Shown: positions 38,794 through 53,374, counted from the stretch's first letter. The stretch: 64,000 nucleotides of DNA from Cycas panzhihuaensis (GCA_023213395.1 CM041465.1:136097741-136161740); one strand, 5' to 3'. Translations and numbers: made by a program. The notes: generated by a model not told the origin, from the sequence alone.

Positions 38794-41700
38794 AATCATA
38801 CTTTTCATTGTTGGTCATAGTTTTTACTTTTTTACACAAAAAATATATATATAATCACAAGTTATTTTTTCCTACCATATAGACATTGGATTGCAAAAAA
38901 CCATGGCTTTGCTTCCCCACTATTTTGGCCTTTCTCCTTTCATATTTTCTCTATAAAAACTCATTACTTTTCTCATGTAAAAGGGGGATATCATTTGAAG
39001 CAATGAAGTACTACTAGATTTCTAACTCGTGCTTGTGACCTTCACTTGGATCTTTGGGAGACTTGTTTAAAGCTAAACTTAAAGCCTTTTGTTAGAGAAC
39101 ATAGAAATTTGGACCTAAATCTAGTTCTCTTCTCTCTATCTTCCTCTTTAAGCTTCCTTTATCCTTCACATCCCTCTTCCTTATGTAAGTGTTATCTTAT
39201 ATTCTTTTCCTTCTTTCTCTTCTTATCACTTTCAAATGGTTTAGAGGCTTGATTTGGAGAACTTAGAGAAGAAAAGATATTAATCTGAGGCATAACTTGG
39301 CATTCTTCTCAAGTAGGTGACTCTTGCTTGGTAAGTTGATGTGTTTTATTTTTGTTTTCCTTCAAACTTTATTATTTATTCTTTATAAAAAGGAGACTAG
39401 AGTAGTATTCTAGTTAATTCTCTATCATAGGTTAGCTCTCTTGTGTGGTTGTTTATATTATTTTCTGATTGTCTATTTGTATACAAAAGTAAAGCAACAT
39501 ATTTATTTTATATTAAAGGTTACTTATTATTTGTTAATTAGGTGGTACTCCTAGGATAGGTCCCATCTCTCTAATTAGGGCTTGACTGATTAACCAAGAC
39601 TTGACATCCCAACATTATCAAACTCACCCTTTTCCTAGGGATAAATACCTCTCATTATGAAGGGTCATTTGATTAACTAGAACTTGACACTTTTCGTACA
39701 TAAACCTCCTTTCCTTTGGGATTAAGTTCTTCCTATCATATTTTGAACACAAAAGGTGTCAGTATGCCATCATGCTTTGGTTTGAGAGCTACCATTTTTC
39801 TTAATCTTCCTTTAACTTTAAGTACAAGAACCCCTTAAAATCAAACATGAGCATCCTTAGGCCATCTATCCTCATGTGTACATCATCATCATATAAGAGA
39901 GTACCCAACAACTGACCTTTAATAAGGTCATTAATCTAGGATTTATGATCTCTTAGGTCCTCACACTCATAAGTCCTCTCATATTTTAGATTAGTTTAAT
40001 TTAAACTTTTATCCTCTGGTTGGGATAATGATATAGGTTAGGATTTTTCCTTCTAGAAAGGATTTTAAGAGGGTAAATAAATAGAAAGCCTTAGGTCATT
40101 TATTCAGGAGTAAGGTTTACCCATTAATCCTCCCACTTATTGGAAGGCAATTTGATTTTTTTTCCAATAAAAAATAGACCTGGTTTATTTGTTTGTTTAG
40201 ATCGGTTTGATTGATTGTCTTATTTAACTTAGGCATGTTATCAGGCATTCTTTGATTTGTTGTTTTAACATAAAAACTAGCAAACAATAATAACCCTTAA
40301 AAACTTAAACCTATCCATCCAACAAACCCTTAGAGAATCATCCCTTCTTATCAAGAGAGGGGGGTTAAGAGTTCACCTAGAATCTTATCTACCTATACTC
40401 ACCTGGCATCATTTATTTTGAGTCTTCTTGGGTGACTTGACCAAAGTTCCTAAAACCATTTTAGCAACCATACTGAAGAGTTACCAAAACTTCCTAGTTA
40501 CTCTTTGCCTTTTTGCTAGTCCATACAGTCATTCACTAAACACTCCTTTCCCTCATTTATCATACTCCATCTTCTACTATTGAGGGAACATCATCTTCTT
40601 ACCTACTTCTCTCTCTATTTGACTTACACTTTTTTTTTTTTGATAAGGTAAAATAAAATTACAGGGGGTTTTAACTAGGTCCCCAAACCTGGTACATCAA
40701 CGCCATACCAAGATAAATAAATTGACCATGACAGCCCATGATCTAGCCTATATTACGATTTACTTCTCGTATCCAGTCTCACCTGTGCATCCATCCTGAC
40801 CAGTCTCATTAGCTCCTCCGGGAAGTCCTCTTTCCAGACTTTAAATCTTTTATTGATCACCGCCCAATTTGCTAACCAATCTTAGAATTTCCTTCTCTAT
40901 AAGTGTCTTTGGATCGGACCTCTAATCGGCATTCAACCCATCTGGATATCCTTAAAAATATCGTTGTTTTCCCATCCAGGATCGCCTTCCCTCTCAAACA
41001 TTTTATCGCATACATCGAATCCCCTCTAATATCACCTTTTGCCGTTTTCCTCTTCCACCGAATAGAGGCCCTTAACAACGCTTTGAACTTGACTTTACGG
41101 TTCGATTGAACCCCAAATATTACGCAAATGCCCATCTCATATTGCCTTCATGATCCCTACACAGGCCCCCCCCTCCCGCCTCTCCCGGGTTGCCTTTGGC
41201 GGCGCCATCAAAATTGGCCTTTACCCATGTGGCATCCGAGGATGCCACTTAACATCTCTTCTCTTTGCTTTAACACCTTCTAGGGGAGCTAAACCCCATT
41301 GATTAATAATGACTTCTTCTCCTTTAGGAATCCTATCCTCCTTTGAATTAACCATCATACGAGATGGCTTTTCCGATCTCTTCGGAAGACTGGTTATCCT
41401 TCTCCTTGTCTTGAAGATCCTCTGTTACGTTCCTTCCGGATGCACCAACAAGCTATCGAACGATCATCTTCCATAGACTAGAGGACTTTACTTTGAAGGA
41501 GAAATCCAAGTGACCATTGCTCCCCGGAGATTGAGAAGAGGCCCAAGCTATCCCCATCCTGGACGAAGGGCACCCCATATGCCCCGAATAGGGCAATGAA
41601 TACAAAGATGGTCGAGGTTTCATGACACCTTACATAGAACACATCTACTAACCAAATGGAAGCCCTCTTTAAAGATTATCCAAAGTAAGTAATTTGTTTT

Positions 41701-44700
41701 GGAGGCATAACCACCGGAAAGGTCGCAACTTTTGGAATCACCCCATCTTCCAAACCCGGCTAAGAAGTCGTTCTGTCCCATCCTCTCTGCTCACTCTTAA
41801 GTTGTACCCGGTTTTAGCAGTATATAATCACGAGGCGAAGACGGCCATATCAGAGAATCTGGAGCCGACCTCTTCGGAATATACTGGTTATCTAAGATCA
41901 CTTTCACCCTGTCGAGCACCCCTTCACAACCAGGAACTTCCTCGAACGATCTCCACTTCCTGTCTTTTCCTGCCCCCACCCAGTAATTCTTAACAAAGGA
42001 CCCATAATGATTTACACATTCCCTTTTCATATTCCCGATATTAGGCAACTCCTCGAGTTTAAAGTGGCTGCACCATCTGTCTTCCCAGAACCTAATACTC
42101 TCTCGTTTCCCGACTTCAGTAGCATACCTTCACGAAGAAGAGCTCTCGAAGACCTGATAGCTCTCCAAACCTAGGACCCCTCCAAACAAAGCCCCTCCTC
42201 CAGCAAAAAGTGATTATCCCCCAAATACTTCCTTGCTATGATTTTTCCCCACGCCGATCCAGCCTCTTTAGTGAGCCTCCACCCCATCTTTGCCAGGAGA
42301 GCCTCGTTAGAAAACATCCGACCTCCTAACACGAGACCTCCAGCCCACTTGGGCCTCGCAAACCTTTTCCCATGAAACTAGGTGAAATCTCCTTCATCTT
42401 CAACACCCAGAGCCACGTAAATCTCTTCATGATACCCTCCGGTGGAGATAACCTTGCTCGGCAATTTGAAGACCGACATTTGGAAGACCGGAATACTCTG
42501 CAAAGAAGCCACAAGTAACTGGATTTTCCCAACCCAACTAAGGAGGGCCCCTTTCCAACCAGCCAGTTTCCTGTTAAACCTACTAACTATTGGGTCCCAC
42601 ATTTCCTTCCCCAATTTTCCCACAAAGAGCGGCATACCTAGGTACGTTGGGAAGGAACCTCTACTCATCTCCAAGATTACGCTTATCTTCATTTGAAGCC
42701 TCTCCGAGTATTGATAAAAAGACCGCTTTTGTTCAAGTTTATCTCTTGATTCGTGGCCTCTCGTATGCCCGAAATCGATTTTAAGGCCTTAGCCTCCCCA
42801 TCGAGGCTCGCTTAGAAAAATATTATCATCTACAAACCGGTGCAAGAATATTCTCTAGGTGGGAAGAGGCTCTCAAGCCTGATATCCTCCCAACCCTCTG
42901 GGCCTCCATCGATGCCCTACCTAACAACTCGGCCATGATAATGAACAGGAAGGGAGAGGGGTCACCTTGCCTCGACCCCTCAATCCGTGAAGAAGAGAGT
43001 CGACCTACCATTTATAATTACCGAGAAGGACACTCTGGAGATACAGCATCTCATCCAGTCCCTCCATACCTCCCCAAAGCCAAAAGCCTCAAGACACTAC
43101 AGCAGACAGTCCCAAGCCACCCGATCATAGGCCTTGGACATATCTGTTTTGATGATCATACCTGCCTCCTTGCGGGACATCGTCGAATGCAGGGTCTCAT
43201 GGACAATAATAATATCGTCTGTAATTTGTCTACCTTTCACAAACCCGTCCTGATTCTGGGAAATAAACTCCGGGAGATATACTCTCAATCTGTTCGCCAA
43301 TAGTTTGGCAAGTATCTTGTATTTGACGTTGCACAGACTAATCGGTCTGAAGTCTTCCATGGCTTCCACTCCCTCCTTCTTAGGAATCAATGCCAAGAAT
43401 GTGGCCTGCCACTCCTTGATTATGCGCTTGGAAGAATTCATTAAGCGCTGACAACAGATCATCCTTAATTATCTCCCAATATTCCTGGAAAAAGCCTGGA
43501 GGGAAACCATCCGGCCCAGGGGCCTTATCACGTCCCATCTTGAATAAGGCCACCTCGACCTCCTCCAGAGAAAGGTTACATCGACTTATTATTCCATTCC
43601 TCGAGATATCACTTTTGGAATATATTGTAAAGAGTCGCCCTGAGAGCAGGATCCTGACATCCCGGCTCTGTATAGAGCTCCTTGAAATAGTCCATCGCAA
43701 TACTCCCGATCTGATCCTCTGCCTCGTACACGACCCCATCCCTGCTGCGAATCTTAGCAATCCTGTTATGGGACCTATGTCTCAAGGTGGACATATGGAA
43801 GAACTTAGTGTTCCTGTCCCCCTCCTTTATCCATTGTTATCTGGACTTCTGCTTCCAAAAGATTTCCTCCCTTTCCAGCACCTCCTCATAATTTCTAGAA
43901 ATTAAGAGCTCCTCGGAGCCCAATTCCTGGGTTCTTCCTTCCCTCTGGATCCTCTCCTCTATCCTTAAGATTTTCCATCGAGACCTTTATTTAGAATATA
44001 TTTCCAAAAACCTCCTTGTTCCAAACTTTAACTTGTTTCTTTACCCGATTCGGTTTCCTCGAAAATCGAACATGGCACGACTCTGTCTGAATCCCCACCA
44101 TTCCGGATCCTATCATCCAAATCGTGGTGTTTACGCCACATAAGTTCGAATCGAAATGGCGTCCCTTTGTAGAAGGGCCAGCAGACCCCTCAAAATGAGG
44201 GGCGTGTGGTCCCACCCGACTTTCGGCAGTGGTCTCTAACTTCACACCTTTAAAGTGGCAAGCCCACTCGTAATTAATAACCATCCTATCCAATGCAACC
44301 GAATGTGATTGATGCTGGCCTATTAGACTGTAAACCTAACCCCTAATAGGCACATCCATCAAAGCTTGGGTGCAAAACGCCGAGATCCGACATGCTTCTA
44401 GTCCAACCCTTTGCCCTCCTATCTTCTCTTCTGGGCAAAGGGGGGAATTGAAGTCCCCCGCCACCAGCCAGGGCCCCTTCCAGTCTCTATGGGTTTCCAC
44501 CAAACCATCCCACAATCTCCTCCTCCCCTCGACCGTGTTAGGGGCGTAAATGTTGGTAATCCAATACTCCTTGTTGGTAGAGGTACACACCAACCCCACT
44601 GTTAAGAAGTGTTCGCTCTTGCACACCTCATACCCTTTCCACCTTTTAGGATTCCACAAAGAGGCCGGCCCGGCCCGGTAGAAACCTGGTTTTCCCCACC

Positions 44701-47700
44701 CCCCTCCTCCAAATCTTATTCAGCACCTCAACTTCCTTAATCTGCTCCACCTTAGTCTCTTGCAAGAGTACAACATCAGCCTCCACCCTAATCCTAAGCT
44801 CCCTAACCAATCTTTGTTTTGACAGGGCATTTAGCCCTCTGATATTCCAGGAGAGGACTTTCATGAAAGATACGCCCCTCATCCTTTCCTACTTCTGAGG
44901 TTAGGGCCTTAGAGCTCCCCTCCCTCGGCTGCTGGTACCCCATGTCTATCCTGGGCTTGGGTTTCTTTCTCCCTAGTGGCTTTCTGGGGGTCTACCCACT
45001 TTCTCTCCATCCCATAACTGGGGCCTTCCCCGTTCCAGAAGTGTTACCTTCCGCAACCCATTTGTGTGTACCTCCCCCCTCTCTACTGGAGTCCGCACCA
45101 CTCGGTCCACCTCCTGCTCCCCTTGGGCACGGGACCACTTTGTCTCTCCTCTTGAATCTGGTCTCTCGGACCCCTTCCTGCTCGGAAAAATAGTCCTCTA
45201 AATCCCGGTTGATATTCTTGGCAAGTTTGGTAAGTTCCTCCTCAACCATTGGAGTTCGAGGTCCCCTTCCTCCCTTGTCTGTCTTGGATCCAAAGGATCC
45301 GCCAATTGAGGAATACCTACAGACTCAACACCTTTAAGAACATCCAGCTCCATCTTCTCCTCCATCAAAGCCTTGCCCTCAGCTTCCTGAGAATCCCTAT
45401 TGATGTCTTCAGGAACTTCACCAATGGGGCAAGTCCCAGTCACCGCCCACCACCTCGATCACCGCGGAAACCTCCTCAACCGTCCGCTTTCTCCACTCTG
45501 GGCTCACATTTTCCCTCGCCTCCCTCCAATGTTGTCTCCCCTTCACTCGCCTCCTTCCCTCCACTAGTATATCCTCCTTCAATGGAACCGGGGCATTGGA
45601 AGGGAGATGGCCCCGATCTTACATTTTGAGCACGAAAGACTCCATCTCATAGTATAAGCCACGGATGAAGGATCTACCATCAGGCTCGAGCTCTATCTCC
45701 ACCGGAGCTCATTTGTCAAGCTTAGCCAGGACACAAAATCTGGCGTTCATGAGTCTAGATCTGTTTTGTGGCCGAGTCCTGTGCTAACAGAGGTCTATCA
45801 TTTTGGCATCCCATTGACCGCCTCCGGATTCAAAAATGTAAAGGAGCCGGAAGTTGAACCCAAACCGGGGCTTGTTTAACCACGAGGATGCAGGTCAAAA
45901 TCGGGATGCCATTTCTCCAATGACATGGCCTTCCGCCCAAACATCCAGGTGAGACTTCAACAAAATGGGAATCATGTCCTCCGGCTTTAAAACCTAAAGA
46001 GGACGCACCCCTTAGGCATAGCCATCACGAAACAGGTTTTGGTCTTCCATTTGTTCCAGTATCCACTCCCGATAATGTCGGACCGGGCCTTGGACACGAG
46101 AACCTACCTACCGGACTATGTTCCCGTATTGAATGGTTTTGGGTAACTTCTTTAGGTATCGAGAGTTTGTATCTGTTTCCAATTTTAACGGGGGAAATGT
46201 CTTGTTCCACATGGTCTCCATTTCTTAAAACCTCCAGGTAGGTCCTCCCAGAAGGAGAGGTGAGGCCGGTTCAAAATATTGCATCGTATAACCAACATAA
46301 GAGAAGCTTATTCAAACAATACAAAACCAGCTAAGACTCACCATTGAACTTGTCAGTGCTCTAAGGTTAATCTTCTAAAAACCCAGACTTGAGCACATAA
46401 ATCTTGAAGTCGCTAGGCGGGACCACCTCGGGCCTTTGTTGAGTGAAGGGCCACTTATACTTCTATGTGCGGCCGCTCCACCTAAGTCTCGAACCGCCCT
46501 CCTCTGGCTTTATTCTCCCATGCAGTGCATGTACCTCCCGTCCCCAGCTCTGATCTAAACCCTGCAGAGCGCCTGTCTTCCTCCAGTCCGTGGCCGATCC
46601 ATCTTCCTGCGCCGGGCCTGGGCGACCGCCAAAGGGTCACGCCATCTCCACACTCCTCGGGGGCGCCCCGTCTCCGTCCACGATCCGCCCTAGCCCTAGC
46701 CGCCAGTAGTCTTACCAGTCGCCCCAGTCGCCTTCTTCCCGTTTCAAAAGGTGCTTTATTATCAGAGAGTTTGACTTACACTTATACTCCCTATGGATCC
46801 CTTTTACACCTATCCTAAGCAATCTAGGAGACCTCGTGGCCCCTCCCCCAAAGGCCCATCCTCATCTTTTCTTCCTTTTAACCTTCCACATCATGAAAGT
46901 TATAAGACCTCAATCGTTGATCTCGATACCCCTATTAAGACTCTAAATATCAATAATCCTTTTGAATATGAGGAAGAGTCACTTCTATATGAAATTCTTG
47001 TAAGAGAGAATCTTCACTTATTTCAAAATACATCTTTCAAGGGAGTTACCATACCTACTCACACCCATTGTGTAGATCATAAGGGACTCATGCCTCATGG
47101 TGAGGGACATGAAGCGTCTATGGTACATCCCCCTCTAATGATGGCACATCCCTTTGAGTAAGCTTTAGGCCCTATCATCCCCACCTACACTAGCTTATAC
47201 ATCATTGCCCAAGAGTAGGGAGACCATATGCTTACACCCCAACCCTCTTCATTATCTATAGACCCTAATGATCATGATCAAGCCCCTCATATTCCACCTT
47301 CCATGGCTTGGCAATCAACTCCTCCTTTGGAGACTTTTTAAATGGGTCCTTAAAGAAGACTTATTCTCCCTATTTAAGGCACTTCACCTTCATATCAACC
47401 TATAATGTCTCCATTATTTTGAGGCATTCCTCCTCCCATTAGAGAGAGTTGTCCCTCATAAGATAACCCTTTTATTTAGGTTAATTAAACTTATGACCAT
47501 TTTACTATGTTCTTTTCTCCTCAATCATCTTCACTTGCCTATCTTTAACAACCTTCATATATGTCAAGTGGGATGGTAAATTTTATAACCATATGCTCCA
47601 TACCCTTGGTAAGTCCCCATGACTACTTATGGTCCACCTCCTATAACTAACCAGCAAGGTCACTATGGCCAACCTATTAATTATGGGTTATATCCCTCTC

Positions 47701-50700
47701 ACACGTCCTATCATCCAGGAGGCTTCTTACCCCAAGGGGTACCAATGTCTCACATGAACACTATACCTCATTCTAGACTTGTAAGATCTCATCATCGCCC
47801 CTCTTATCCCATGTACCCTACTTATGCCAAGGTAATGGGATATCAAGACCTTACCCAAGTGGCACCTCAATCGTCCTCATCACTAAGAACCAAGAGGTCA
47901 TATCTGGACTATAGAAGGAGTCCCTTTCTATAAGAGATCCTTCTTTCTCCTCTCCCTCCCTTTATTCCTGAGCTACTTAAATTTACAATCAAATTAAATC
48001 AAGACCCAATGGCCCATATTTAGGCCTCTACACTTGTATGTACTAACTATCTACCATATGATTATGTGACGATGCAACTTTTTCCTAAAACCCTTTCAAT
48101 GTAATACCTTGATGTGGTTATATTAGTTAAAGCATGCATCTGTCTACTCCTTATAGTAGTTGGTAAATACTTTTATTAGTTACTTTGATGTTGGTTCCCC
48201 TTTTAATACAAGGATTAAATCCATATTATCTATCAAATAAGGAGTAGAAGAGCCTTCACATGACTTTGTTCATTACTTCTAATACCTAGTTCATACCTCT
48301 TAAGCCCCCTTAGATGATAACCTACTTTTTGACTTGTTCATTAACACCTTAAGACCTCAAGTTCATGTTAATGTTCTCAAGTTAATACTTACATCATCTG
48401 AGGATGTAATGGAGAAATGTCCTACTTTTCGGGCCTTTGAGATTCAAGTTGACATTAAGAAACTATTTAAATTATTTATTTCCAAAAATAAATCAACCTC
48501 TACAATAGAATCTAAAGCACCCCAAAGTGATCATATATATAATCATCTCGCTTCCATCATTTGATCCCTTGAAAGATTGATCAACATTAAATTATAGGTT
48601 AATCCTCTTCCCAACCTTGAAGCTAAAAGGAAAGCATAAGTTATCTAATTCACTAAATAAAAAAAGGGCCAAGTCTTAAATACTATTCCTCATAAGAAGG
48701 CACCATGGTACTCTTACCATCAAAAGGATACCCATTATCAAAAGAAGTACAAAAAGCTTAAGGCTATCTTTCATCATGCTCAAGCCAATAAGAATAAACC
48801 CAATGAAGACTAATTGATTTATAAGGACCCATTGCATGACCATACCAAGAAGGTACATAATAACTAGAGCAAGGCCAAAGCCTAAGATAACAATGACTCT
48901 TCAGACTCTAATTTTAAACCTCTACCTAAAAGCTCTCCCCCCAAGAGATATCACTCTAAAAAAGTTAATCCTCAAAATAAACCACCTACAAAGGAGGAAG
49001 AGCCTAAAAAGACTATTAATATGGTAAAATCTTACAAAGCCTCTACCTCAACCGAACCACATGACCTAGATGCCCCACTTAAGGATAAGTTTATGGGCTC
49101 ACCTCCTCTATTGTTGATCAGACCTATTTGTTTTAGGTCTATACCACAACTTACCAAAGATGGCTCTTTCTCACTTGTAAAAGAGTTAAAAAATATTCTT
49201 ATTAGAATCTCAGTCATGGATCACTTTGAAAGTTATCCTAATCAAAGGCAAATCCTCTTGGATACCCTATGAATCCCTAGATCTAGTTCTCCCAAAAACC
49301 CTGGCTTAGTCTTTGACCCCACCATGTTGCCTAATGAAAAAGAAAGAAATCACAATAAAACCCCTCCTTTCGACATTAAAATAATGAAGGATGGTATTAA
49401 ACTTAAGAGGTGTATAGTATATTTAAGCTCTTCTATTAACATTATTCCCTTATGCCACCTAGAGGACCTTAAGATTTCTACTTGTGAGCATATTAATTGG
49501 GTTTATCGAGGCTATGATAAGAATAAAAAAAACCCAATTAATCAAGTCACTCTCCATCTTACTTTAGCAAGCAAGACTATTATGGCCAAAGTTACCATAA
49601 TTGACTCCAATCTTGAGTTTAATATGCTTTTTCCCTAACCTTGGATTAATCAAATACCAGCAATCTATTCTTTATTATTTGGTAAACTTAAGTTTATCCA
49701 TGAGGGAGAGCTTAAAGTTGTCAAATATAAGAATAAGCCCATCTAGAAATTTGTTCACTAGTTGAAACCATTCAAGATGAAGGAAAGTTCTCATCCCCTT
49801 TTATTTCTTTAGGGTTTGGATAATATTTTGGCATTTAGTATGTGCTTTAACCTAATCATAAGGAAGTTAAACTAATCTACATGATTACTACAATATTTTT
49901 CAGGGCAGCTCTCCTCCTAATCATGTGGAAACCTTTTCATATGATAAATTAACTCAAATTCTACCTTTAGTTCTTAACTCCCTCAGTCATATTGCACCTT
50001 AATCAAGTGTGCAATCTTAATTTGATCTCTTAACATAACTTTATTAGAGTTTTTGTATTCAAATATTTCCTTATTAAATTCCATATACTCTTATTGATGT
50101 TATCCCCTTCACATCGATTTCTCCATCACCATAATTAACCTCATCAGGCTAGCTCCCTCATGCTCCTCATGATTTCCACTCTCTCCTTAGGATCATCCTT
50201 TACTTAGATAATTTTGAGAATGATAAGCCTATTCTCAAGCATTTGTTAGGGTCTTCTCTTAATCTTATGCCTAATCATTATAAACTAGGTTTTACTAAAT
50301 GTATCTATCCCGACTCACCTTCATCAACCTACAACTATTAAGTCACTTCTTCATCCTTACCACTCAATTTGGCTCCTCCTCACTTTAAAGAGAGAAACAC
50401 TATGCTCTTCAACAACACCATTAACATCAACTTAAGAACTCAAGAGGAGCCTAAAGTAATCAAGCTTGGTGCTAGTTGTTGCCTTTTAGAAGTATAACAA
50501 TTATGTGATATTTTCATTGAATTTTCTTCTATTTTGCCTAAGATTACTTGGACATAAAGGGCCTTCATCTAGATGTTGTGGTTCATAAGATCATTATTAT
50601 CCCAAAGGCCAAACCTAAACATAAAAAATAGAGGCTTATTCATCCTCAACTTTTAGTTTCCATCAAATAAGAGGTAGAAAAACTCCTAAAAGTAAGATCC

Positions 50701-53335
50701 ATGGAGTAAATTGATTACTCTCAAATTCAACATTATCCCTATAGCTAAAAAGAATAGTTCTATCCAAATTTATATTAATTTTTTAGATGTAAATGATTCC
50801 TGCCCCAAGGATAACTTTTCACTACCTTTTATTAATTAACTCTAGGATTAAATAGTTGATTTTGAAGTGATGTCTCTCATGGATTTTTTTTTGGTATAAC
50901 TAGATCTTTATTTCTTTTAAGGACTACTATAAGACTGCTTTCATCACATCATAGGGTATATTTATTTATAAGGTCATATCATTTGGCCTAGAAAATGCTG
51001 GCATAACTTATTAGTAGGCCATGGTTTTCATTTTTCATGACCTATTAGGGAGCATTATAGTAGTCTATCTTGATGATATGTTAGGCTTATTATGCCATCA
51101 AGAGGATTGTATCCATGACCTAAGAATGTTCTTTAAAAATGTCAAAAATATCAAATTTACCTAAATCCTAACAAAGGTTTCTTTGCAATCACTTCTAGAA
51201 AGATGCTTAGTAAGATTGTATCCAGTGATAATATTAAGGTTGATCTAGATAAAGTTACATCTATCGTTAACATACTTCCACCTCATACTAAAAAATAAGT
51301 TGAATCCTTCTTAGGGAGACTCGGCTTTCTACATTAGTTTCTTACTAATTTTGCTCTCAATGCTAATCTTCTAACAAACCTTCTCAAGAAAGGTGTTTTT
51401 ATTGAATAGACCCCTGCTACCGAAGTATCCTTCGACAAACTCAAACAGGCCTTGATATCAACTCCTACACTTGCCCAACCATATTTTAGCAAGTTCTTCA
51501 TTTTATATACTTCTTCAACAAAGGAATCTCATAATACCATGTTGGCCCAAGAAGATGAGTTTGCAAGAGAGTGAGCAATTTACTTTATTAATTGTACTTT
51601 AGTTGTTGTAAAGCTTAGTTACTCTCCATCTAAAAAAGAGTGTTTGGCTTTGGTCTACACTACCAAAAAGCTGCAATATTATATATTAGGAAATACTACC
51701 CTTGTGATTATATAATCTAATCTAATATGTTTCTCCTCACCAAGATTAACCTTACTAAATGAGTTGGTAGATGGACCTTATTATTGTAATAGTTTAATTT
51801 ATGGATGGTTAATTGCAAGTTAGTCATTGTTAAGTAGCTTGTTGGAATACCACTTCTTAATATCAATTCTATCGATGTTAATGACTTACTTTTAGATGAA
51901 CACGTCCTTTATATTGACATTGTTCCCATCGACCTAGATTAGTATAAAGATATTCAAGCTTACCTCTTAGACCACACTTATCCTTTTAATGTTGATTCTA
52001 AGAAGAGAAGAAGGGTAAGGGCCTTTGTTCACCCATACCTTCTCTTAGATAATGCATTATATAAATGTTCCTTTAATGAGGTTTTATTACATTGTCTTTC
52101 ACCTTTTGAAGCCTGTCACCCTAGCTAAGTACCATGACGACATCAATGTTGGCCACTTTAGTGGTCAGTGCATAGCATTATACATCCTTTGAATGGTATA
52201 CTATTAGCTTGTCCCATTTAAAGATATGCATTCACTTGTGTAAAAGTGTGAGAAACACCAATCACACTCATCCTTAATTCATCAATCAACTACCTCACTT
52301 AGGTCAATCCTTGTCCCATATCCCTTCTCTCAATAGGGCCTTAACCTTATTAGATAAATTTATACCCCATCTTTTATGGGCCATAAGTTCATCTTAATTG
52401 CAATCAAATACTTCATAAAATTAAGTAAGGTGATTCCCTTAACTATCATAACTCAAAAGGTGATTACCACTTTCATCTTTCAATACATCATTCATAAATT
52501 TGGTGTCCTTGATGTCATTATTATGGATAATAGGACTTCATTTTATAATTCTCATGTTGATGAACCCTATGATAAATTTCACATTACACATAGAATATCA
52601 TTCCCCTGGCACCCACAGGAAAATATTTGAATTGAAGCCTTTAACAAAATTTTAACAAAGATCTTGGCCAAAACAGTTATTAACTCCAAGTAAGATTAGC
52701 ACACTTAGCTTTTTCCTATCATATGGCCTTACTATACTTTTATCAAAATTGTAATTAGGATGACCCTATTCTTACTAGTCTATTGGATTGAAGTTGTGGT
52801 CCCTTTAGAAATAAAGATTCCTTCACTCAAGGTTTTACTTAAATACTTTACCAATGAGGAATGGCTAAGATAAGCAAGGCTAATAAAACTTGAAAAGATA
52901 GATGAAACCTATATTGAAGCATATCACAAGAACATAGCCTCAAAAAATCAAGCTCAAGTAACTCATTATCATTATTTGAGACCAAGGATGTTTTATATAG
53001 GGAACAAAGTACTCAAGCTTGAATATTTACATGAAAAACAATAAAATTTTGACTTTAAGTGGGCAAGCCCTAATTTGGTCATTGAAGATTTAAATAAAGG
53101 GGCTTATTATCTCTCTATCCTTGATGGACTTAAATTTCAAAGGGTAGTCAACTCTCAATTTTTAAGAAGGTATTACACTTTGTTGACCTAGCCTACACTT
53201 TGTAATGAGCTTAAATTATGACTCTAAAAAATAAAAACCTCCCTACTAATGAGCTTAAACTATGGTAGGTCAAATATTCCTTTCCCCTCCAAGACTCACA
53301 CTTGGGAGGCACCACTCTAAAAGCAAGTATAAACT
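38794..53335 (+). mobile_element. Tat-like (non-chromovirus) Ty3/gypsy copy 2: LTR/leader, Pro-rich gag from 46793, protease, RT, RNase H, integrase; interrupted by LINE-D
   Basis: Protease CIVYLSSSINIIPL (49324-49638). RT remnants CPKDNF, YKTAF, FGLENAG, AMVFIFHD, VYLDD near 50800-51080. Integrase ORF 52376-52630. Host sequence rejoins across the LINE TSD. Confidence 0.88.
40632..46769 (-). mobile_element. Full-length, GC/CpG-rich L1 LINE with RNase H (LINE-D)
   Basis: TSD tttgacttacactt (40618-40631 and 46770-46783). A-tail. ORF2 start MKVLSWNIRG at 44864; DKAPGPDGFPPGFFQEYWEII; DFRPISLCN; KTDMSKAYDRV; NFDGAAKGNPG near 41185-41215. GC-rich 5' UTR ~46290-46769. Confidence 0.95.
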
Positions 53336-53343
53336 ATACATAC

Positions 53344-53374
<31 letters not shown>

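Noticed and set aside
39180-39345. GTAAGT splice-donor-like motifs
   Set aside because: They lie in an LTR-like region with no supportable exon structure.
46525-47933. Pro/Ser-rich ORFs as a possible host gene or extra ORF
   Set aside because: 46525-46769 is the antisense LINE 5' UTR, and the rest is the broken low-complexity gag N-terminus.
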